This document shows, piece by piece, positions 48,926-59,257 of a stretch of DNA of 64,000 bases (position 1 is the first letter of the stretch; every line of letters begins with the position of its first letter). The notes beneath the pieces were generated by a model, which worked only from the letters and a program-made list of their open reading frames with translations, ran no database searches and was not told the origin of the DNA. The stretch comes from Clostridia bacterium (GTDB taxonomy: Bacteria; Bacillota; Clostridia; Christensenellales; CAG-138): positions 35,253 through 99,252 of the forward strand of contig QKAN01000190.1 of NCBI GenBank assembly GCA_003246365.1, given 5' to 3'. A program made the translations under genes and the position numbers.

Positions 48926-49618
48926 ATGAATCCCATTTTTCGCGCGGCGGACGATCCCCTCGCAACCGCGTTCAACCTCAAGGACCTATTCTCCAGCACG
49001 CTCAACCCATTGCAGGTGATCCTGACGCTGATCATCGCGCTCGGTATCGGCGGATTTCTGTATTTCATCTACAAGAAGACGTTTGCCGGGGTTGTGTATT
49101 CGCGCTCGTTCAACATGAGCCTGATCCTGCTTACCATGGTTTCCGCGATGGTAATCATGCTCATCAGCTCCAACCTGACGCTCTCTTTGGGCATGGTCGG
49201 CGCGTTGTCCATCGTGCGTTTCAGAACCGCAATCAAAGACCCCATCGACACGGTGTATATGTTCTGGGCGGTGGGCGAAGGCCTTGCGCTCGGCGCCGGG
49301 TTTGTGGACGTCGGCCTCATCGGTGCGCTGGTCATCGGCGTGATCATGGTGATCATCACCTCGGCAAAGGGCAACAACACCATGCCGTATCTGCTGATTC
49401 TGCACTTTGACGACCGCGCGAGCCAGCAGATCAAAGGCTTGATCCGCCAGCTGCCCAAGGCGCACATCAAGAGCAAAACCGTGCAGCACGACGGAATTGA
49501 GCTGACGATCGAACTGCGCATCCGCGAGAGCGACACCGACTTTGTCGATAAGTTCCTGCGCGTGCCCGGCGTTTTCGATGCAACGCTTGTTGCGCATCAG
49601 GGAGACCTGCTCGCGTAA
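48926..49618 (+). CDS. DUF4956 membrane protein
   Basis: About 4-5 TMs; LSLGMVGALSIVRFRTAIKDP; soluble C-terminal domain; RBS AAGGAGG. Confidence 0.92.
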   Translation: MNPIFRAADDPLATAFNLKDLFSSTLNPLQVILTLIIALGIGGFLYFIYKKTFAGVVYSRSFNMSLILLTMVSAMVIMLISSNLTLSLGMVGALSIVRFRTAIKDPIDTVYMFWAVGEGLALGAGFVDVGLIGALVIGVIMVIITSAKGNNTMPYLLILHFDDRASQQIKGLIRQLPKAHIKSKTVQHDGIELTIELRIRESDTDFVDKFLRVPGVFDATLVAHQGDLLA

Positions 49619-49647
49619 ATAACAGAAAACCAACAAAAAACAGATCG

Positions 49648-49686
49648 GCCGGAAGGACGGATACTACCGTCTTTCCGGCTGTTTTT
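49648..49686 (+). terminator. Terminator closing the CotH-VTC-DUF4956 operon
   Basis: GCCGGAAGGACGG-ATACTA-CCGTCTTTCCGGC-TGTTTTT. Confidence 0.8.
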
Positions 49687-49864
49687 GCGCGCAAAAATTG
49701 CGATTACATGCCTGCTTTAAAAAGACCGCGTAAAAATGCGTAAAATTACGGAAAAAAGCGTGTAAATTCAAAAAAATCAACCCAAAATCGGGAGTTCTTT
49801 TCTATAATATATATACGGACTATGAATTTTATGTTATACTATACAAGAATAAATTTGGGGAAGT

Positions 49865-50977
49865 TTGAGCAGCGAACGCATGCGCGTGACCGGTCTACGG
49901 CTTGTCAATTTCAGAAATTATCCGTCGCTCTCCCTGCGTCCCGACGCGGGCCTTTGCGTACTGACGGGTGAAAACGCCGCAGGCAAGACCAACGTGCTGG
50001 AGTCGCTGTTTTTATGCTCTCTCGGGCGCAGTCACCGAACGGTAAGGGACGGGGAAATGGTGCGCGCGGGAGAACTCTACGCCAGCGTGGCGGTAGATGT
50101 CGACACGCGCGGCGGCCCAAGAAGAATTGAATGCAAACTCTTTCCCGGCGAGCGTAAAAAGATATTGATCGACGGCGCGCCGATTGCCCGAAGCGGCGAA
50201 CTGCTGGGCTGTCTCAATGTGGTTATGTTTGCGCCGGAGGATCTGGAACTCGTCAAAGGCGGACCGGGCGAGCGCAGGCGCTTTCTCGACATGGCGATAT
50301 CTCAGCTGCGCCCGTCATACTATTACACCCTGCAGCAATACAACGCCGCGCTCAAGCAGAGAAACGTTCTGCTAAAAGACCCGGAAGGGCTGGACTACGA
50401 CGCGCTGGAGAGCTGGGACGAACAGCTTGCCGTTCTCGGCGCATCCATCATCCTAAATCGTTCGGAGCTGGTCGATCGGCTTTCCGCCATTGCGGAAGAA
50501 CAGCACGAAACCCTTTCCGACGGAGCGGAGACGCTCGCGGTTGAATACGAACCGAACGTGGCGCCCGTGTCGACCAGCGATTTGGCAAAGACGCTGCGCC
50601 TCGCGCTTTCGGACACGGCGGAGCGGGACGTTTTTCGCGGCAGCACATCCGTCGGCCCGCATCGGGACGATCTTGCGCTCCGCGTGAGCGGAAAAGATGT
50701 GCGCGTATACGGTTCGCAGGGACAGCAGCGAACGACGGTGCTGAGCCTGAAACTTGCCCAGCTGGAAATTCTACGCATAGAAAAAGAAGATGCGCCGGTG
50801 TTGTTGCTGGACGACGTGTTTTCAGAGCTTGACCGCAACCGGCAGAAGATGCTGCTCATCGCCGCGCAGGACTGTCAAACGTTTCTCACCTGCACGCATC
50901 TCGAAGAGGTTGCGGCGGCGGGCGTGGAGCAGATGCAGGTGTATGAGGTTGCGAATCGACGCGTGACGGAACAATAA
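49865..50977 (+). CDS. recF: DNA replication/repair protein RecF
   Basis: NFRNY, GENAAGKTN, GGPGERRRFLD, GPHRDD, GSQGQQR, LLLDDVFSELD; start may be ATG 49880. Confidence 0.97.
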   Translation: MSSERMRVTGLRLVNFRNYPSLSLRPDAGLCVLTGENAAGKTNVLESLFLCSLGRSHRTVRDGEMVRAGELYASVAVDVDTRGGPRRIECKLFPGERKKILIDGAPIARSGELLGCLNVVMFAPEDLELVKGGPGERRRFLDMAISQLRPSYYYTLQQYNAALKQRNVLLKDPEGLDYDALESWDEQLAVLGASIILNRSELVDRLSAIAEEQHETLSDGAETLAVEYEPNVAPVSTSDLAKTLRLALSDTAERDVFRGSTSVGPHRDDLALRVSGKDVRVYGSQGQQRTTVLSLKLAQLEILRIEKEDAPVLLLDDVFSELDRNRQKMLLIAAQDCQTFLTCTHLEEVAAAGVEQMQVYEVANRRVTEQ

Positions 50978-50990
50978 GGAGGCAGACGAA

Positions 50991-53329
<2,339 letters not shown>

Positions 53330-53359
53330 TAGCAGGGCACAGGAATCGAGAGTGAGAAT

Positions 53360-55921
53360 ATGGAAGAAAAAGACGTAACATTGAACCCTACCCCGACGGC
53401 AACTGCAAACCGTATCGTGCCGATCAAGCTCGAAACCGAGATGAAAAAGAGTTTCATCTCCTACGCGATGGCGGTCATCATCAACCGCGCCCTGCCGGAT
53501 GTGCGGGACGGCCTGAAACCCGTTCACCGCCGCATCCTTTATTCGATGGACGAATTGGGTTTGCAGCCGGATAAACCGTTTCGTAAAAGCGCGCGTATCG
53601 TCGGCGATTGTCTGGGTAAATATCACCCGCACGGCGACTCCTCCGTTTACGACGCGATGGTCCGCCTTGCGCAGGATTTCTCCACGCGCTATATGCTCGT
53701 AGAAGGCCACGGCAACTTTGGCAGCGTGGACGGCGACGGCGCGGCGGCAATGCGTTATACCGAGGCGCGTTTGTCCAAGATGGCAAGCGAAATGATGGCG
53801 GACATCGAAAAAGATACCGTCGATTTTATGCCGAACTTCGACGAAACGCTCATGCAGCCGACCGTGTTGCCGAGCCGATATCCGAATATCCTCGTCAATG
53901 GTTCCGGCGGTATCGCTGTCGGCATGGCGACGAATATTCCCCCGCATAACCTCGGCGAAACGATCGATGCGCTCTGCGCGCTCATCGACGATCCCGAAAT
54001 CGACAGCGATGCGCTGATGCAGTATCTGCCCGGCCCGGATTTTCCGACGGGCGGCATCATCATGGGTCTCTCCGGCATTGCGAGTGCTTACCGCACGGGA
54101 CGCGGCCGCATCGTTGTGCGCGCGCGCGCCGAGATTGAAGCCTATGGCGTTGGCAGAAGTCGCATCATCATTACTGAAATTCCCTATCAGGTGAATAAAG
54201 CGCGGTTGGTGGAACGCATTGCCGAACTCGTGCACGAAAAGCGCGTAGAGGGCATTTCCGATCTGCGCGACGAAACCGACCGCACGGGCATGCGCATCGT
54301 CATCGAACTCAAAAAAGACGTCAACGGCAGCGTCATTTTGAACCAGTTGTATAAGCACACGGATTTGCAGTCCACCTTCGGCGTGATCATGCTCATGCTG
54401 GTGGACGGCGAGCCGAAAGTGCTGCCGCTGCGGGACGTACTCTACTATTATCTGGAGCACCAGAAAAACGTTGTCACCCGCCGCACGAAATACGACCTCA
54501 ACCGCGCGAAAGAACGCCTCCATATTTTAGAAGGCCTTATCATCGCGCTGGACAACATCGACGAGATCGTAAACCTCATCAAAGCGAGCGGAAGCCCCGC
54601 GGAAGCGAAACAGAAACTGATCGACCGGTTTGGTCTGTCCGAACGGCAGGCACAGGCGATTCTCGACATGCGTCTCCAGCGGCTGACCGGTTTGGAACGC
54701 GACAAGATCATGGACGAAGACCGGATGCTGCGCGAGCGCGTGAGCTATCTGCAGGGAATTCTGGACGACGAGGGCAAGCTGCTTTCGATCATCAAGGAAG
54801 AAGCGCTTGCGGTTAAGGAACGTCACAACGATAAACGCCGCACCGAAATCACGCAGATGATCGACGACATCGACCTCGACGACGTGATTCAGGAAGAGGA
54901 TATGGCCGTCACCATGACGCACTTTGGCTATATCAAACGCCTCACGCCGGACACCTATCGCGCGCAGAACCGCGGTGGACGCGGCGTCATCGGTCAGGGT
55001 ACGCATGAAGAAGACTTTGTGGAGCGTCTGTTTGTAACCAGCACGCACAACCAGATTCTCTTCTTTACGAATTTGGGACGCGCGTTCCGGAAAAAGTGCT
55101 ATACGATTCCGGAAGCGGGCAGAAACGCCAAAGGCATGCCGATTGTCAACCTGCTGCAGCTTGGCGAAGGCGAAAAGGTTACCGCCATGTTCCCGGTGCA
55201 GGGCGAGGGCACGGAAGGCTATCTCGTTATGGCGACCCGCAACGGCATCATCAAAAAGACGCCGGTGAGCGACCTGCAGAACATCCGCAAGGGCGGCCTG
55301 ATTGTGCAGAGCCTGCGCGAAGGAGACGCGCTCATCGCCGTTGAATACTCGGTTGGCGACGACGAGTTCATCATCGCGAGCAAAAAGGGCAAGTGCGTTC
55401 GCTTCGCGGAAGAGGATGTGCGACCCATGGGCAGAAACGCGATGGGCGTCCGCAGTATCAACCTGGCGGACGACGACGAGGTCGTCGACATGGTCAAGGT
55501 TGTCAAAGGTGGAAACGTGCTGACCGTAACCGAACTCGGCATGGGTAAGCGTACGCCGGAGGATCAATATCCGGTGCACCACCGCGGCGGCAAGGGCGTT
55601 CTGGCCACGCAGCTGACGGACAAGACGGGCGATCTGGCGTGCCTCAAGATGACGGCCGAGGATGAGGACGTCATGCTGATTCGCGATGATGGAACTATCA
55701 TCCGTATGCCGCTGGATCAGGTAAACGTGATCTCCCGCAACACGCAGGGCGTGCGCCTGATGCGCGTTGACGAAGGCACCCGCGTGGTGTCCGTTGAAAT
55801 CGTTCCGCATTCGGACGAAGAAGAAAATCCCGAAGAAGTAACGGAAGCAACCGCCGAAGCTACCGCAACAGAAACATCTGCAACGGAAGCAGCCTCAGCG
55901 GAAGAAACAACAAAAGAATAA
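53360..55921 (+). CDS. gyrA: DNA gyrase subunit A
   Basis: [24 protein letters not shown], GyrA-box QNRGGRG, acidic tail. Confidence 0.98.
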   Translation: MEEKDVTLNPTPTATANRIVPIKLETEMKKSFISYAMAVIINRALPDVRDGLKPVHRRILYSMDELGLQPDKPFRKSARIVGDCLGKYHPHGDSSVYDAMVRLAQDFSTRYMLVEGHGNFGSVDGDGAAAMRYTEARLSKMASEMMADIEKDTVDFMPNFDETLMQPTVLPSRYPNILVNGSGGIAVGMATNIPPHNLGETIDALCALIDDPEIDSDALMQYLPGPDFPTGGIIMGLSGIASAYRTGRGRIVVRARAEIEAYGVGRSRIIITEIPYQVNKARLVERIAELVHEKRVEGISDLRDETDRTGMRIVIELKKDVNGSVILNQLYKHTDLQSTFGVIMLMLVDGEPKVLPLRDVLYYYLEHQKNVVTRRTKYDLNRAKERLHILEGLIIALDNIDEIVNLIKASGSPAEAKQKLIDRFGLSERQAQAILDMRLQRLTGLERDKIMDEDRMLRERVSYLQGILDDEGKLLSIIKEEALAVKERHNDKRRTEITQMIDDIDLDDVIQEEDMAVTMTHFGYIKRLTPDTYRAQNRGGRGVIGQGTHEEDFVERLFVTSTHNQILFFTNLGRAFRKKCYTIPEAGRNAKGMPIVNLLQLGEGEKVTAMFPVQGEGTEGYLVMATRNGIIKKTPVSDLQNIRKGGLIVQSLREGDALIAVEYSVGDDEFIIASKKGKCVRFAEEDVRPMGRNAMGVRSINLADDDEVVDMVKVVKGGNVLTVTELGMGKRTPEDQYPVHHRGGKGVLATQLTDKTGDLACLKMTAEDEDVMLIRDDGTIIRMPLDQVNVISRNTQGVRLMRVDEGTRVVSVEIVPHSDEEENPEEVTEATAEATATETSATEAASAEETTKE

Positions 55922-55930
55922 CAGGCGATC

Positions 55931-55965
55931 GGGGGTCCGCGCTGAAGCGCGGAACCCCATATTTT
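55931..55965 (+). terminator. Terminator after gyrA
   Basis: GGGG(G)TCCGCGC-TGAA-GCGCGGAACCCC-ATATTTT. Confidence 0.65.
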
Positions 55966-56165
55966 CAAAAAAATAAAACAACTGCTGTTAATTATTTAGA
56001 GCACATCAAAAGTTCATTCAAAAAAAGTAAAATATCGATTTTCACCGGTGTTGCTGGTGACTTGTCAGTAAACTTCCTTGTTCGTTTCAAACTTCAATGC
56101 TATACTGCAAGTAGTCTTTATTCCTGTTTTTAACAAATTTATATGTGGGAGAGGTGGATCAATTC

Positions 56166-57803
56166 ATGCGTCAGCGCGACGAAAGCAAGCGATTTACCAA
56201 GGTAGAAAAAAGCTGGATCTTCTACGACTGGGCAAACTCCGTCTATGCAACGAATATCATGGCGGTCATTTTCCCGATTTACTATGCCAGCGTTGCGGGA
56301 GACCTCGGCAACAAATGGTGGGGGATCGGCGTTTCGATTGCCTCGCTCATCGGCGCAATCATCTCGCCGACGCTGGGCGCGGTTGCGGACTTTAAAGGCA
56401 ACAAGAAAAAGCTTCTGTTTGCGTTTATCCTCATCGGTGCGCTGTCAACCGCCGTGCTTGCGTTTGTGGGCGACTGGAAATGGATGCTGATTGGCTACGT
56501 AATTTCGCACATCGGCTTCTCCGGTTCCTGCGTGTTCTACGATTCGTTCCTGACGGACGTTACCACGGAAGACCGAATGGATCGCGTGTCGAGCTGGGGT
56601 TATGCGATGGGTTATATCGGCGGAAGTACGATTCCGTTTGTCATCTCCATCGCAGTCATGCTCCTGCGCAACTATGATCCGATTGCCATGAAATTCGCCA
56701 TCCTGATCGTTACGGTGTGGTGGCTCGTGTTCTCCATCCCGATTTTGAAGAACGTCAAGCAGGTTCACTATGTGGAAACCCCGCCGAGCGAATTGGCAAA
56801 ACACGCGTTTTCCAACCTCTGGGATACGATGAAACGCTGCGTAAACAACAAGGGTCTCTTCATTTACCTGATTGCATATTTCCTCTATATCGACGGCGTT
56901 GGCGCGGTCATTTCCCTCGCGACCAACTACGGTGCAACGCTGGGCCTCGGCACAACCGGCATGATCTTTGCGCTGCTGGTGACGCAGCTTGTCGCCGCGC
57001 CCTGCGCAATTCTCTTTAGCAAACTTTCCGGCAAGTTCGGCGCAATCAAGATGATCATCGCTGCGATCGCGATGTATTTTGTCATCTGCGGCGTCGGGTT
57101 CTTTATGGGTCGCCTGGTCGAACCGTATCAGCTTGATCTTGTCGATTCAACGCGCTCTTCGATTGCGGCGCAGAATGTCGTATATGAGAGCAAGGAAGAC
57201 ACAAAAGCCTGGGATACGCTCACAAAAGACCTTGTGGAAGACACGCGCGCCGCGCTTTCCGAAACGGACCGCACCGCCGCGTTTGACGAAATCGTCGCAA
57301 CCTATGCAACCAAAGCCGCCGATCCGGCCGATGTGCTGTATCAGTTCAGCTCCGATGAAAGCCGCAGCGTCGCCGTGACGGCGATTGAAGCCGTTGGCGC
57401 AGATTTGGATGTTTACGCGCAGGATACGGCAAAACAGACGTCGTATGACGGCGCAAAGTCTGTTGCAACCGCGCTGTTCTGGGTGCTCGCGGTACTCGTC
57501 GGCACCGTGCAGGGCGGCATTCAGGCGTTGTCCCGCTCTTACTATGGCAAGCTCGTGCCGCAAAAACGCAGCGCGGAATACTTCGGGTTCTACGATGTAT
57601 TCGGCAAGTTTGCAACCGTCATCGGTCCGCTGCTTTACGCCATGTTCTATTTCCTGACCGACCGTGCATCCGTCGGCATCCTGAGCCTGCTGCTGCTCTT
57701 CGGCGCCGGCGGCATCCTGCTGATTTCGGGACGCAAGGAACTGGAAAAGACCGAAAAAGAAATGCGCGAAGCCAACGCAAGAATGGCGATGAGCGAAGAA
57801 TAA
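56166..57803 (+). CDS. MFS transporter, UMF1/BtlA/Atg22-like, with a large soluble insertion
   Basis: WIFYDWANS, LGAVAD, FYDSFL, SSWGYAMGYIG, GGIQALSRS, EYFGFY..GK; about 115-aa hydrophilic insert. Confidence 0.9.
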   Translation: MRQRDESKRFTKVEKSWIFYDWANSVYATNIMAVIFPIYYASVAGDLGNKWWGIGVSIASLIGAIISPTLGAVADFKGNKKKLLFAFILIGALSTAVLAFVGDWKWMLIGYVISHIGFSGSCVFYDSFLTDVTTEDRMDRVSSWGYAMGYIGGSTIPFVISIAVMLLRNYDPIAMKFAILIVTVWWLVFSIPILKNVKQVHYVETPPSELAKHAFSNLWDTMKRCVNNKGLFIYLIAYFLYIDGVGAVISLATNYGATLGLGTTGMIFALLVTQLVAAPCAILFSKLSGKFGAIKMIIAAIAMYFVICGVGFFMGRLVEPYQLDLVDSTRSSIAAQNVVYESKEDTKAWDTLTKDLVEDTRAALSETDRTAAFDEIVATYATKAADPADVLYQFSSDESRSVAVTAIEAVGADLDVYAQDTAKQTSYDGAKSVATALFWVLAVLVGTVQGGIQALSRSYYGKLVPQKRSAEYFGFYDVFGKFATVIGPLLYAMFYFLTDRASVGILSLLLLFGAGGILLISGRKELEKTEKEMREANARMAMSEE

Positions 57804-57823
57804 CATCCGAAAGGGAACGTTGT

Positions 57824-59251
57824 TTGAACGCTGGAACGAAAGCAATCAATGCGCTTCTGCTCGTCGGCGCAGCCACGGTATTGTTGGCTGCGCCGGCGAT
57901 TTCGCATGCGGAAGAAAGCGAAACGGCACAGGACGTCACCGCGCAGGCGGTCGTCTCCGCGCCGGTAGAAGCGCGCGCTGTAAAACGCACACGGGACGGA
58001 AACGTCAACACCTACACGACCTTTGCAGCGGAAGAACCGTTTTCCTGTACATGGCTACAGGAGACCGAGGTGCGCGGCGTATATGTGAAGTGGTATACGC
58101 TGCCGGATTCTGTTATACTGGTGCAGATGGACGAAAACGGAGTGGAGCTAAACCGCGAAACCGTTGACGAGCCGGTCTTTAACGATTATTATCCGCTGTT
58201 GGAAACGACGCGCGGACTGCAAATATGGTCGGATAGCGGTATGCAGATTGCGGAACTGACGCTGTATTCCGCGGGAGAACTGCCGGACGGCATATACGAC
58301 TGGCAGCCGCCTGTTCAAAAGGCGGATCTTCTCGTGGTTTCGGCGCATTGCGACGACGAACTGCTCTTTTTCGGCGGTACGATTCCGTATTACGCCGGAG
58401 AGCGCGGACTTGCGGTTCAGGTTGCCTATATGGCAAACGGGGAACGCGCGCGTGTTGACGAAGCGCTCAGCGGCCTCTGGCACTGCGGCGTGCGAAACGC
58501 GCCGGTGTTTCTGCCATTGCCGGATATCTACACGGAAACGTTGCGCGACGCGCTGATCCGCTGGGGAGAAGATACAACTCTCGATACGCTCGTGTCTCTG
58601 ATCCGCCGGTTTGAGCCGGAGGTAATCGTGACGCACGACCTGAACGGCGAATACGGTCACGGTGCCCATATGGCAACTGCATACTGCATGCAGGAGGCGC
58701 TGCCGCTTGCGGCGGACGCGGCGGCATATCCCGATTCGCTTAAGCAATATGGCGTATGGCAAACGCAAAAGCTCTATCTGCATCTTTATGCCGAAAACGC
58801 AATCACAATGGATTGGAATATTTCTCTCGATGCGTTTGACGGAAAATCCGCACTTGAGGTTGCCAACGAAGCGTATCATATGCACGTTTCCCAACTGGAG
58901 TACCATAGAAATATCTATAGCGCGGGAGATCTCAGCTCTGCGGAATATGGGTTGGCATATACGGCTGTCGGCGCGGATGAGGCAAAGAACGACTTTTTTG
59001 AGCACATCGATTTTACGCGGTTGACCACATATGTTGCGCCGGCTGCGACCGATACGCCCGAGATAACGGCAACACCGGAACCGACGCCGACGCAGACGCC
59101 GGAGCAGACTGCGGCAGCATCGCAGGAAGTGTCGATACAATCGAATTTCAATCCGCTAACGTACGCCATTCTGGGAATTCTGGCGCTTGCGGCGGCGGTT
59201 CTCATATGCCTGATGATCAGGCGGCGCAAGAAACAAAATAACCGGAGTTAA
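57824..59251 (+). CDS. Surface-anchored PIG-L/LmbE-family deacetylase
   Basis: Signal peptide; AHCDDE and HGAH metal ligands; Pro/Thr linker; C-terminal TM + RRRKK. Confidence 0.88.
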   Translation: MNAGTKAINALLLVGAATVLLAAPAISHAEESETAQDVTAQAVVSAPVEARAVKRTRDGNVNTYTTFAAEEPFSCTWLQETEVRGVYVKWYTLPDSVILVQMDENGVELNRETVDEPVFNDYYPLLETTRGLQIWSDSGMQIAELTLYSAGELPDGIYDWQPPVQKADLLVVSAHCDDELLFFGGTIPYYAGERGLAVQVAYMANGERARVDEALSGLWHCGVRNAPVFLPLPDIYTETLRDALIRWGEDTTLDTLVSLIRRFEPEVIVTHDLNGEYGHGAHMATAYCMQEALPLAADAAAYPDSLKQYGVWQTQKLYLHLYAENAITMDWNISLDAFDGKSALEVANEAYHMHVSQLEYHRNIYSAGDLSSAEYGLAYTAVGADEAKNDFFEHIDFTRLTTYVAPAATDTPEITATPEPTPTQTPEQTAAASQEVSIQSNFNPLTYAILGILALAAAVLICLMIRRRKKQNNRS

Positions 59252-59257
59252 CGCACA

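Noticed and set aside
55810-55921. Low-complexity Glu/Thr/Ala tail of GyrA
   Set aside because: Acidic C-terminal tails are a normal GyrA feature
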